From: Octopus vulgaris
Taxonomy: Eukaryota
DNA length: 64,000 nt
Direction: 5' to 3'
NCBI GenBank assembly: GCA_951406725.2
Contig: OX597834.1
Location: 23,188,001-23,252,000 of the forward strand
The notes under the pieces are model-generated. The model was given only the letters and a program-made list of their open reading frames with translations. It was not told the DNA's origin and ran no database searches. Below, in pieces: positions 1 through 53,200 of this stretch. The position numbers were made by a program, and so were the translations under genes. The first letter of the stretch is position 1; each line of letters opens with the position of its first letter.

Positions 1-299
1 GGTCTTTTCTAGAGCTGGTTGATACATCACTTTGGTCCTCTTTCTACTGATTGGAATTGTTCAAAGCATCAGAGATATTGTCAACATTATTATTATTATT
101 ATTATTATTGCATGTCAGCCTCTGAGACAATGTTGAGAGAGGGAGAGCTCAGTCAGACATTGGTGAACAGAAAGTCACTCATGTTGCATGTCGATAATTT
201 CTGGCTTTGTTTTATTTTTATTGAAGTCTTCTGAGATTGAAGATGGAACAATCAGTAGGGTGACTGGTACCACTATCAAACCTGCCACATCCCTTATCA

Positions 300-358
300 A
301 CCCACCCACCCACCACCACCACCATCACCACAATGACTACCACCACTACTTCCACCAT

Positions 359-403
<45 letters not shown>

Positions 404-810
404 TACCACTGTCACTGTCACCCCTGCCACCACTTTCACCATTACTACTATCATCACCACCACCATCATCACCATCACCACCAGCACCACCACTTTCACC
501 ACTACTACTATCATCACCACCACCTCCATCACCACCACCACCATCATCACCACCACCATCATCACCATCACCACCAGCACCACCACTTTCACCACTACTA
601 CTATCATCACCACCACCTCCATCACCACCACCATCATCACCACCACCATCATCACCACCATCACCACCACCACCACCATCATCACTCTACAACCACCACT
701 ACCACTTTCACCACTACTACTATCATCACCACCTCACCTCCACGACCATCACCTTCACCACTATCACCTCCACCACCACCACCACCACCACCACCACCAT
801 TATTACTACC
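300..810. repeat. Imperfect CAC/CAT/TAC trinucleotide microsatellite with internal block duplications
   Basis: Seen directly; source of the poly-H/T/V ORFs. Confidence 0.95.
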
Positions 811-833
811 AATTTTTATTCTCTATTTTCCAG

Positions 834-40335
<39,502 letters not shown>

Positions 40336-40432
40336 GAGTTCTTGTGTTGTGCTGAGAGAAAGAGAGAGAGAGATTGTGGGTGGGGGGGGAACTTGATGGT
40401 ATCTACCATATTTGATGGCATCTAAGACACAC

Positions 40433-41423
40433 TAGGGACACCATATTTCATTGTACAACCATAATATACCACAAATTATACCAGACGTTTTTATAAGTCA
40501 ATATAGTGTTCTTCTGTGTTAGCAGTGCTATTAAATTACATACTAAGGTTATCTCTACAGATTTTATATAGAAATTATAACCAACACTGATTCCGTATCA
40601 AAGACACCTGATGTAAAATAACAATGAGTTTGATGATGGAAATGGGTAATGGCATATATGCCATATTTCTGGAGTTTTTGCTCCTTCATCAGCTCCCATC
40701 CAACTGATTAACCATCCATGAACTTGTTGCTTATATAACTACTAAATATAGCGGTGTAACGTGATTGGATGTATCAGTTTTACATATTGAACATATTCCT
40801 AGAAACTTATATGTAAATATTAATGACATGTAGGGACACCATATTTCGTTATTCAACCATAATATACCACAAAGTATATCAAACGTTTTTATAAGTCAAT
40901 ACGGTGATGTCCTGTGTTAGCAGTGCTACGTTAGATGTATTCAGATACGAAATGACATAACAAGTCTGCTGGCTATAATTTATATAGAAAATCTGTAGAG
41001 ATAATCTTAACAAGTGATTTAATAGCACTGCTAACACAGAAGAACACAGTACTGACTTATAAAAAAATTTTATATACTTTGTAGTATAATATGGTTGTAT
41101 AACGAAATACGGTGTCCCTACAAGTAAATAACATGTATGTACCAGTAGCCAGGAATGTGTTTAATCTGTAAAATTGGTTTTTCCAATAAGGTTACATTGC
41201 TATATTTAGTGGTTATATAAAACGATGAGTTCATGGATGGTTAATAGGTTGGATAGGGACTAATGAAAGTGCAAAAACTTCTGAAATGTGCATATACACC
41301 CATTACCTATTTTTCTATCTTTCATTGCATTGTTGTTTACATTTGACGTATTCGGATATGAAACGTCATAATGAATCAGTGTTGTCTATAATTTGTATAG
41401 AAAATCTGTAGAGATAATCTTAA
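40433..41423. repeat. ~400-bp monomer in tandem and then inverted (imperfect ~1-kb palindrome) downstream of the ABCC stop
   Basis: TAGGGACACCATATTTC at 40433 and 40831; reverse complement GGTGTCCCTA ends at 41120; GAAAATCTGTAGAGATAATCTTAA at ~40987 and ~41400. Confidence 0.9.
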
Positions 41424-42431
41424 CATTATTTTTCCCCACAAAAAACTGTTTTTTTAAAAAATCACCCCAGGGCCTATGTGCAAAGTTAGGCCTCTCTGAA
41501 GCTAAGTTTTGACCCCATAATCATGGAGGCTATTTTCGTTATTGTAATTTCTTTATGTTCAGTTGTAATCTTCATCTGTTATCTTTTATCTTTTGCTTGT
41601 TTCAGTCATTAAACTGTGGCCATGCAGGGGCAGCACGTTGAAGAATTTTAGTCAAATGAATTGACCCCAGGACTTATTTATTTTTTTCAAGCCTGGTACT
41701 TATTTCATCAGCCACTTTTCCCGATCTTAGTTACAGGGTCATAAACACAGCAACACCAGTTGTCAAACTGGGGGGGGGGGGGGACAAACACAGATATGAA
41801 CACACACACACATACATACGAATGAGTGGACAAATGAGAGAAAAAGAATGCACTCAACACGTTTAGTAAGAGTTACATGTATTATTAATTAAAACGTTTT
41901 GATTTGGTTTCATGTGACTTAAGGTTTCTCAGGCTTCTTGCAGAAGCCTATCTCAATCAGACTCTGACTGCTAAATGCATTCAGTAACCTGAGCCTGAAC
42001 GAGGCAGGTTTCTGTTGGAAGCCTGAGAAAGTTAAAGTTGCTTAGGACCAAATCAAACTGTTTTAAATAATAATGTGTGTGTGTGTATATATATATATAT
42101 CGCTGATTGATGCACCCTTTTAAAGCCTAGCCAGGCTCATGGGACCGGTTTCTATGGCGTATGTGTCCCCCAGCTGGATGGGACACCAGTCCATCGCAGC
42201 GTTACTCATTTTTGCCTGCTGAGTGGACTGGAGCAACATGAAATGAAGTATTTTGCTCAAGAACACAATGTGTCGCCTGGTCCAGGAATTGAAACCACAA
42301 TCTTACGATCATGATGCTGACACCCTAACCACTAAGCCACACGCCTCCAGACACACACACATATATATATATATAATCATATATATTTATGTGTATGTAT
42401 GTATATGTGTACGCATATATCTATATGTATG

Positions 42432-42467
<36 letters not shown>

Positions 42468-43005
42468 AGTATAATAAATATTAGGAAATGAATCCAAAAT
42501 TACAGGGAAAAATCAGATTTAGGGTTAAATCCAATTTATAGTAAAATATTATATAATATAATTAGAGACAAAACCACTATTTTAAAACCAAACAAGGAAA
42601 GACTTAATCAATACATAAAATTTTAATATAAATTAAATAAACCGCCACTATTTATTTATTTAATTTATATTAAAATCGACCCCAGAACTTATTCTTTGTA
42701 AGCCTAGTACTTATTCTATCAATCTCTGTTGCCGAATCGCTAAGTTAAATGGGATGTAAACACACCAGCATTGGTTGTCAAACAATGTTGGGGGACAAAC
42801 ATGCACACACACATATATATATGATGGGCTTCTTTCAGTTTCCATCTACCAAATCCACTCACAAGGCTTTGGTCGGCCCGAGGCTATAGCAGAAGACACT
42901 TGCCCAAGGTGTCATACAGTGGGACTGAACCTGGAACCATGGTTGGGAAGCAAACTATTTATCCCACAGCCACTCCTGTGCCGATATATATATATATATA
43001 TATAT

Positions 43006-43290
43006 GAGGACAGAACAACATGGAGAACTGTGGTGAAGGAAGGAACTGCTTCACTAGAGAGCAGCTACAGAAACAAACAAGTTGAGAAGCGTCAGCAGCA
43101 AAAGGAAAACAACAGAAATGCAGAGCGCCAAGCCACCCCCTTGGTATGCAAGTACCGTGACAGAATCTGCACTTCAATCATTGGAAGAATCAGCCATGAA
43201 AGAAGCTGCAAGAAAAGGAGCCCCTGATATGTTCAATTAATGTGACCTCTAAAGTAAATTGACCATCTGCATAGACGAAAAGGGCCAATT
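43006..43290 (+). mobile_element. RTE-type LINE 3' end
   Basis: DRTTWRTVVKEG...CKYRDRICTSIIGRISHERSC (degenerate C2H2 finger), then a short tail. Confidence 0.75.
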
Positions 43291-45786
43291 ATGTTTGTGC
43301 ATCATCATCATCATCATCGTTTAACGTCCGTTTTCCGCGCTAGCACGGGTTGGACGGTTCGACCGGGGTCTGGGAAGCCAGGGGCTGCACCAGGATCCAG
43401 TCTGATCTGGCAGAGTTTCTACAGCTGGATGCCCTTCCTAACGCCAACCACTCCGCATGTATGTATATATATTTTTTTATATTTATGTATGTTCTGAACC
43501 AAGAACCATGTGGTTTGGAAGCGAGTTTGTTAACCAAATGTTATGGTAAGGTACTTTCCTAATGTGATGTAATTGGTAGATTGCTTTAAATATTACATGC
43601 TTTGACTCACTAAAAACCCAATTTTTTTCCTCCAGCACACACCCTGCTGATATTAGGGTGTGTCTGATATGTCCCTGTGTCTTTTATGCCATCAAATACT
43701 GTAATTAATCTTGAAATTCGTTAATCATCAATCCTCTGACCCTTAGAATTTTACTTTCACATTGTTTCCAAAGAATATTTAGTTTTGGAGAGGGTGTTGG
43801 TAGGGATTAACTTTGAAGGATTGTTGTTTTTGAAATACAAAATTGTTGCCAGTTCAATATACTTGAAACTGTTTTGTGATGGAGAAAATTTCTCACTGTA
43901 GAGAAATAGGTGTAAAATACACTGAGTCAGCCCACAGCATCATCTATCCAGATTGTGGAATGCCTGCATTTCAGAGTGGTTATCTCCTCTTCAGCAACAG
44001 ATACTGAAAAGGCAGGCTCTGTGAACTGACACAAAAAACAGGTCCCTCTTATAATATTCCTCTCATCGTTCAATGACTGGTTGTGCTCGATTGATCTCAA
44101 CAAAAATTTAGCATTTTTCTAGTAATCAAATATAGCAACATTTTAACCCTCAGGTATTTTCAATTTCCACAATGTTTTATTTTCACTCCACACGTACATT
44201 GTAACATATGTGTAAGAAATAACACGCACATTGTAACATATATGTAAGAAATAAATGGCTCCAAAGTTTAAACCATTGTCCATCTTCATTATCTCAGTGG
44301 TGATTGCAACCCTGCTTGCCTAGATTTCTACATGATGTAGCAGTAAGTGTATTTACACCTATTTGTCTACAGGTCCAAATATGCCTCAAGCATATAACGA
44401 GTTTGCAGTTGTACATATCACTGCTTAGCCCTGTCACCCTGTGTTATTGAAATAGTACCATATACTTTTCTACTCTATGTACAAGGCCCGAAATTTTTGG
44501 GGAGGATGCCAGTCGATTAGATTGACCCCAGTACACAACTGCTACTTAATTTATCGACCCTGAAAAGATGAAAGGCAACGTTGACCATGGCAGAATTTGA
44601 ACTCAGAACGTAAAGACAGAGATACTGCTTAGCATTTCACCCGGCGTGCTGATGTTTCTGCCAGCTCACTGCCTTATATAGACAGGGGCAGTGGGGTACT
44701 GAGTTTTATATTCTTGTGTTCTTTCATATGTTTTGCTCACTTTACTGTGGCCATGCTGGTGCAATGCCTCTTCAATACTGCTGTACTGTTTGTAAGTCAG
44801 GTACTTCACTATTGATCTCTGTTCTTCAAACTGCTAGGTGACAGGGCATAAGCAAAGGACACTAGGTTTTTGTTTTTTAGTGCTATCAACATAAAAACAA
44901 TGTGTTAACACACACATACAAATGTATGCATGCACACATATGCACAAGCATACATAAATACATTCATACACACATTTCATGTATGAACACACACACACAC
45001 ACATACATACATGCAGGTATATGTATAGGTGTGTGTGTGTGTGTGTTTCTAAAATTTAAATCTGAATGTCATGATGAAGTAAGCTCCCAACAAACTGTTT
45101 AATATTGTGACTTCCAATCCTTGTTGTCATTGTTTCACATCATCTCATTTACATTCCTCTCACATGCATTTTAGAGTGAGAAATTTACACCACAAAAATC
45201 ACTTCCCATCTCAATCCTTTTCTTATCCAATCCATTTAAACAAATATCAGAACCTCTTATTCCAGTGCAAAGGGGAAAACGAGTGAATCCCAAACAGCAT
45301 TTAAATTTTGCAAGAATAACAACAGCAGGCAGGCTGGTAGGCATTCTCCAGTATCAATGTTGTTGACTGCACCACCACCACCCAAACTAACATCCCTTCC
45401 AACACCACCATCAACACTATCACCAACATTTCTTGCCACCACTAACATCATCACCACCACTACCACCACCAAAGCATTCACCATGTATACCACTGCCACC
45501 ACCACCAACCTCACCTTCAGTTGTCTGTATACAAAGAGAATAAAATATTGTATTCAGTCTTTTATTCATTTACTTCTTTCAGTCATGTGACATGTGCCAC
45601 AGAAACCAGCCCTTTTGAGTCCCCCATAGGGCTTGAGAAGGTTGTTTCATCTATCATCATCATCAGACAGTCCACTCACCTGTAAATGGATGACTCTGTG
45701 ATGAAAAAGCTTTCCAATCAGGGGGAATGTTGGCCTGCTCACCAAGCCAACACGCTGGCATGATTCCAAAGCTAAAACAATGCAAA

Positions 45787-45821
<35 letters not shown>

Positions 45822-47676
45822 TTTACTTGTTTCAGTCATTTGACTGTGGCCCCGCCTTCAGTCTAACAAATTGACCCCAGAACTTATTCTTTGTAAGCCT
45901 AGTACTTATTCTTTCATTTTTATTTAGCTGTTTTAAAATTTCTCCCTGCTAAGCACTTTAAATTTCTCTCTCTTTCTCGACCTCTTCAACAAACTTTTTA
46001 ACCATGGAATGATTCATGTTTTTTCTCTCTTTTCACCTTTCTACCTTACAGCATGTCATTAACACTTCTCTCTCACTCTTCACCACTCAACTAACTACAT
46101 GATGCATTTGGCCTTAGAATATTATTATACCCCATCTCTTCTTTCTGCTCTACTCCCATTTCTTCCTCTCCTCTCTCTCTCTCACTAAAGTATAACGGAC
46201 AAATAAACAAGTATATTATCATATAGATAATAAAAATATAATAATAACTAGTAGGACATGTGGGAATTCCACAGAACAGAAAAGATTAAAAGGAGCTAGC
46301 CATAGGTAGGGACATGTGTGTATGTGAGGGTGTGTGACGAAGTAGTTGGAGAATTTGGGGTAAAGTTCACTAATTGTGACTTGAATAAGGTGGCACATTA
46401 TAACCTTGAGCAAGATGCTTTGTTTCACATTGGTTTGGTCTACCTAGCTAAAATTAGGCTCCTAAGGCTGCTGGAGGGTTAAACCTGCACTGATCTGATG
46501 TCCCCATCTGGGACGATTCTTCTCCACCACAGAGACTGGAATAAGCTTTGACCTAATAGGGCTTGAAATATATATAAAACGAACATGCATGCACACACAT
46601 ATGTATGTATGAATTAGTGTATATAATGTATGTTTGTATTTTTATTCATATGAAACATTTAATGACTTTTTAACAGATTGTAAAAAAAACCACATTTTTA
46701 AATAAAATTCTATGAAATTTCTATTAAAAAAAAACTAAAAAAATAAAGACAACAATGTCCAAATATTAAAGTATTTATTCATCTCTAAGTTGGTGCAATT
46801 CACTTTGATCAACTGAATTACTGCTACCTGTCTAGTTATTTCCAAGACTGTTTTCTTAATTAAATGTTATTAACCCTTTAGCATTCAGATTATTTTGTCA
46901 GAATAATCTGAATGCTAATTTATTATTTATTCACATTGTTTCTAATTAACAAGCTCACAACTATGAATTTTATGATGATTAATGGAAGTGTTGTGGGACA
47001 GGAATGTTAAAGCTGAAATGCTATTGTGGCTTTTATCTGTTTTTTCAGTTTTCAAACGTTGAACCATCATCATCTTTACTTCCACTTTTTCATGCTTGCA
47101 TGGGTCAGAAGGAATTTATTGAAGTAGATTTTCTACAGCTGGAAACCCTTCCTGAAGCAAATCCTACCTCGTTGCCAAGTAAAGTAATGTTTTCCCCTTG
47201 GCCAGAGGATTTTTCCATGAAAGCCTGGAATTGAGGAACACTATTTGGATGGTAGTAACTCTTACTAACAGCTTCTCATGCAATGCCAAGACCATCTCTA
47301 AAGCTTGGTTCCTTTATCTATACTTCAGCCTCTCAGTACTTGACCCACCTGCCTCCACCCCTCCCATGAGGGCTCTGTGTCAGTGGCACAGACAAAAGCA
47401 CCAAGTATACATTGTAAAGTGGTTGGTTTTAGGAAAATATGCCAGATTTGATACTGGAGCTTGGCACAGCATTATGGCCCTCTTATGTCCTGTCAAACGG
47501 TCCAACCCATCCCAGCATGGAAAACAGATTTTAAATGATGATGATGATGATACACACATGCAAGCATACACAATGGGCATCTGAAAATCTGCTCCCAAGC
47601 CAGAAGACATTTGCCCAAGGTCCACGCATTGAGACTGAATATACTGGAAAAGTCTGTGAAGATTTTAAAAATATAC

Positions 47677-47682
47677 TTTATT
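47677..47682 (-). promoter_or_regulatory. Candidate polyadenylation signal of ALDH16A1
   Basis: TTTATT on + (AATAAA on -) about 460 nt after the stop codon; position is the only support. Confidence 0.3.
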
Positions 47683-47869
47683 TTCGAAATATATTCCAAA
47701 AATACACCTTATATTCTAAAATATGGCTTATATTCTCTCAAATAGAAAACAGGAAAAAAAAGTGATTTTTTTAAACAAAACTTTGAATAGTCTTCAGCAC
47801 AATTTCCATCAAAATAACAGAAACACTCGCTCTGTCATCTGATTGACTTTGTCAACATGGATTTATATT

Positions 47870-48050
47870 TGCTAAGATACCAAACTGATTTCTTACCAAC
47901 TTGACAACATACCAAATTGCTATCTTACCTATTTGGCAAGATATCAAACAGCTATCTTACCAATTTGACTAGATACCTAACTCACAGCTTATTTGGCAGG
48001 ATATCAAATTGGGATCAAACCAATTCTAAAAGATGACAAATTGGTATCAA
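47870..48050. repeat. Degenerate ~31-bp tandem repeat in the presumed ALDH16A1 3' UTR
   Basis: AGATA(C/T)CAAA..GCTATCTTACC.ATTTG recurs 5-6 times. Confidence 0.7.
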
Positions 48051-48137
48051 ATATTGGTACAAAAAAAGACTGAAATATTCTGTCATGATGGAAATGCATC
48101 AAAACATTAAAGAAAGAAACATGTACAAGATGTGACC

Positions 48138-48437
48138 TTAGTTGGCAAAAATGTCACCCATTGGTAGCCAAATGTTCTTGCATTGAATGGAATGGTAAAG
48201 AAATTCTTCTCCTTGGCCTTGCTCAGAGTCAGTCCAATCTCGTGGCTGACCATAATTTACAAAGGTTCTCTTGCAGTTTATTGCTGAAGTGAATTCAACA
48301 AATGCTGATCCTTCAGCAGTTCCAAAATACCACATGGCTTGAACGTTGTGGTGCTCTGTGAGGTATTTGGAAATATGGTCTCTGTTACCAGACAGCAAAT
48401 TAATGACTCCAGCAGGAACGTCTGATGTGTCAAATAT
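48138..48437 (-). CDS. ALDH16A1: ALDH16A1 terminal exon
   Basis: [17 protein letters not shown]...[16 protein letters not shown]. Confidence 0.93.
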   Translation of the reverse strand: MFDTSDVPAGVINLLSGNRDHISKYLTEHHNVQAMWYFGTAEGSAFVEFTSAINCKRTFVNYGQPRDWTDSEQGQGEEFLYHSIQCKNIWLPMGDIFAN

Positions 48438-50226
48438 CTGTAGAAGGAGATCAAAAGAAGGTTAAAAAAAAATCACGACACAGAGAAGCCCTCAACACAC
48501 ACTTATGAAAGCCCTAAACGCCCACTCAAAAACTGCTTTCACCACATACTCAAGAAAGCCCTCATGGCACTCAGGATGCCCTCAACACATACTAGCCTTC
48601 ACAACCCTCTCATGAAAGTCCTCCACACACACACTTAAGTCATCAACATTTCACCCTCAAAAATCCACACCTCACATTCAAAAGCCCTCACATCTTCATA
48701 AAACAGCTGCAAATTCCAGTTCTTGAAGCCAAAGTGAATAAATATATATAAAATTGTAAAGACAGGTTACCTGGTACATGTTCATAGCAGACAGGGGATG
48801 TTTCTCACTTGGGACAATGACTGTGACATTACCCCGGGCAAAAGCAGGAGCAAACAGGGATACAAAACTAAGCAGTGGATTCTCATCAGGGCAAGCAATT
48901 CCCACAACACCAACGGCTTGGTGGATTTTAACGGTCAAACCATAGAGAGTGGTTTCCTGGAAGAAAAATAATGGTTTCAAATTATGGTACAAGGCCAGCG
49001 ATTTTGCGGGAAGGGCTAAGTTAGTTACATCAACCCCCAAAAGGATGAAAGGCAAAGTCAACCTTGGTGGAATTTGAACTCAGAATGTAATGATGGATGA
49101 AATGCCGCTAAGCATTTTGCCTGGAGTGGTAGCAATTCTGCCAGCTCCACTCCAAAGATAATGTTCCCGCTTCCAAACCATTTATCTCAGGAGCCTCAGA
49201 AAAGGGTAACAAGACTGGTTCTTCCTCTTCTGACTAATTTAAAAAATTAAGGGCCAACTTAGGGGACTAAACAACAAAAACAACCACAATAAACAGGTCC
49301 AAGAAATACAACAATTCCAATATTTAACAAAGCTGACATTCTTACCTGCACAGTACCACCATATTTGTCACAGTAGGCTGCCCAGTGAAACAACCGTTCT
49401 ATGGACAACTGAACTTCATTGAGACAATCATTCATCTCCCGACCAGTCATTTCATGTAAAAGTTTAGCATTCTCGTCACAGCGAGCGCCTAGGTTCTCGG
49501 CAATGTAATACATGATCTGTGAGCGTAGACGTGAGGTCTTGTTAGCCCAGCTGAAAGAAAACCCAGCATGAATATTCAAGAGCAATTACACACACTAAAA
49601 TATTAGCATTAAGGACACTGAAATTAAAGGCTTTGGAACTCCCTAAGAAGGACAATCTGTTGACCCTTCCAGTTAATGGTCTTTTCTTCCGCTCAAAAAA
49701 CTGAAATTCCAAGGTTATGTTTAAATCTGTGTTACTCAACCATTTTTTTTTTTACCAATGGACACACACACACATATATATACATACATACACATATACA
49801 TACGCATACATACATAGGCATACATACACATACATATATACATACGCATACATACATATATACATACGCATACATACATATATACATACGCATACATACA
49901 CACACATACACACGCATGCATGCTCACACACACAAAAAATATGGGGAACCAGTATTAAGGATACAAAAATATTAGGTTTATAAGCCCTAAAATTCACTCT
50001 ATAATTGGTCATGGGCATATAGCATAATGAGTAGGTGTGCAGGCTGCTAACCCCAAGATTGTGAGGTCAATCTTGAATAAATAACAACAGGTGTCCTAAG
50101 GTTTTTTTTCTTTTTGCAAAAAGAAATAAAAAACCTTAGAACACCTGATGAAGGCTGGAGAGTAAATAAACAACAAACAAGGTGAGGACACATATCCATC
50201 CACTGTAAATTATATATATATATATA

Positions 50227-50272
<46 letters not shown>

Positions 50273-53200
50273 TACATAAATATATATATATATATGAGTG
50301 TGTATATATATGTATATGCATGAGATTGTATAATATATACATATACGCACACCCAAATATTGCAACTGTGTGCTTCTTTGTTATTTAGCCCTGGGTCAGA
50401 CCTGATCCAGCAGATTTATAGTCAAAGCTGTTCTACCCAACATAGTATGCAAATGTTGTTTAACCCTAGGTCAGCCTTCGTCCACCAGACCAGATAGATC
50501 ACTCAAATATTGCTCAACCCTAGATGCAGCCAGGCTGATAAAAATGCAAAAACTGAACAATACCCAGGGGCAGCTTTCTGTGCAGCTTCCACAGCATTGC
50601 GGACATCCTTGCGGTTGCTTTCTGGAACCACACCAACCATTTTCCCAGAGTTGTTGAAGATGGTGCGAGAGGCCTGACCATCTGGACGCTTCTGACCTCC
50701 CCTGTAATACAATTTGTAAGTTCTGTCAACACTGAAAACAAATAAAAAGAATATTTTAAAAGGAGAACAAAAACATAAATTAATGAACAAATAAATAAAA
50801 AAAAACAATGTTTATGTGTCAGAGAAAGGGCCCTCAGTGAACCCTCATAACTCACCTTTAATGGCTGATAAAAAGCCCCTAAAACCCACTTTTAATGGCT
50901 GATTAAATTACCCTCAGTGAACCCTCACAACTCACCTTTAATGGCTGATAAAAAAGCCCCTAAAATTCACTTTTAATGGTTGATTAAAGGCTCTCAGTGA
51001 ACCCTCACAATTCATTTTTAATGGTTGATAAAGGGCTTTCAATGAACCCTCACAACTCACTTTAAATGGCTGATGGACACCTTCAAGACCTCACAACTTA
51101 TTTTTCTTTACAGCACAGAAACATATCTGTCTTATTTTATAAATTGTATACTTTAGGGTCGTCTTCATTTCTAACCAATTCCCAACAAATCATTGCTAGA
51201 TTCAACAGACTCAAGTGAAATATTTCGCAAGTTTTTAAAATACAGCTGAGTATTTTAAAATACTGAGGACTTCCTCTGTGTATAAAGAACTTTTCAAGAA
51301 GGGATGAGAAACTCTTGCAATGCTATTGATACCAGTATTGCATTTATGAAAATTTCTTTCTATGTCAGCGTGCTTAACTCTGTCAAGCTCAAAATCTTTA
51401 ACTCAGCTCCAGGTGTTTATCTTGGATAGCACTTCGGCAGATTGTGGCCAGGTCAGAATTGAAAGGGAGATATTCCTGTATGGAATTTTCGCAAATGAAC
51501 AGAAAAACGGAAAACCTGCAAATTACTTTTCCATCATTGAGTACAAATAATAAAAGACAGGTTTATAAACATGATGCAGGATTAGTCACTTTGGAGTTGT
51601 TGAAACAATTGTAAACTATGGAATAAAAACAATATTGCAAATTCCAAGCTTCAACTTTGTACAGAACTGTTTTATTTCTTGGACACGTCAGGTCTTGAAG
51701 CAAATAAAGCTATAAGCAAGAGTGTAGATATTAGGTTGAAAAACCCCTCTTTTGGATTAAAAAAAAAATCAAAGGCTGTCTGGGGGCTTGAACCCAAAAC
51801 TTTTGCAAACATGATAGATGTTCTACCACAGGACCAAAGCAATCCTTCAAATTTCTTTATTCATTTTAGAAACTTTATTTTTTATCATTTATCTTTTACT
51901 AGTTTCAGTCATTAGGCTCTGGCCATGCTGGGGCATTGCCTTAAAGAATTTTATTTGAAGGAATTGACCCCAATATTTTTTTTTAAAACCTGGTACTTAA
52001 TCTATAGGTCACTTTTGCCAAACCATAAATTACAGGGACACACCAATGCCAGTTGTCAACTAGTGGTGGGGCACAAATTCATACACAGACAGACACACAC
52101 ACATATATGATAGGCTTCTTTCAGTTTCCAGCTACCAAATCCATTCACAAGGCTTTAGTCAGCCTTGGGCTATAGAAGATACTTGCCCGAGGTGGTACAC
52201 AATGGGACTGAACCAGGAACCATGTGGTTGGGAAGCAAAATCCTTACCCCTGACATATCCCTAATATTTGCACTCTTATCTTTAACCTGATTTGCTTCAA
52301 ATACCATCATTCCAACAATGAATTGATTCACATTCCCTCAAAGAATTTCTTCATACCTTGGTGCTGTTGTAAGATCAGTGTTGGGTGGAATCACACTTTG
52401 GTTGCCTGGCAAAGAGTGAGAGAATTCAGCAGAACCAAAAGCCTTCATATCAACTTCAACTTTTTCATGTTTTGGTTTATTCATCCAAGATGGTTGCACA
52501 TACTCATACAAACCCTACAAGACAAGGGACTTCACTTAAGGATTTTCTACAAAATTTCATAAATAACACACTCTAGATTTCTAAACTACTACATAATTCT
52601 TTTAGTTCCCAAGTTAGCTCTTATCCAGTAACCCATATCATCCTCATCCTCATCATCATTTAACATCCGTTGTCCATGCTGGCATGGGTTGGACAGTTTG
52701 ACTGGGCTGGCATGCTGGAAGGCTGCACCAGACTCAGGTCTGATTTGGCATGGTTTTCTATGGCTGGATGCCCTTCCTAATGCCAACCACTCTGACAGCG
52801 TAATGGGTGCTTTTACATGCCACCGGCATGGGTGCCAGTTTGCATGACACTGTATCTGTCAGGATGGCGACTTTGCTCGACTTGATGGGTCTTCTCAAGC
52901 ATGACATAACACCAAAGGTCTCGATCACGGCCATTTGCCTTGGTGAGGCACAACCCTTTATATAAAGAATCCCCCTACATCAATGGTTCTCAACAGGGGC
53001 CCAGATGCTTATATTTCTTCAATACACAAAATATTTTAAGTTTTTTCAATACATTTCTTTATAATACCTAATTATACAAATAGGATCTTTCTAAGCATCA
53101 AATAGCTATGGGGATCCATGGGTAAATAAAATGGTTGAGAACTGCTGCTCTACAGGGTTGCATGACCTGCCAGAAAAAGCAGCCAAATCTTCTACAAATC

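Noticed and set aside
188-833. His-rich, Thr-rich and Val-rich ORFs (metal-binding or mucin-like proteins)
   Set aside because: Translations of a CAC/CAT microsatellite that is open in several frames; only 834-1142 is coding
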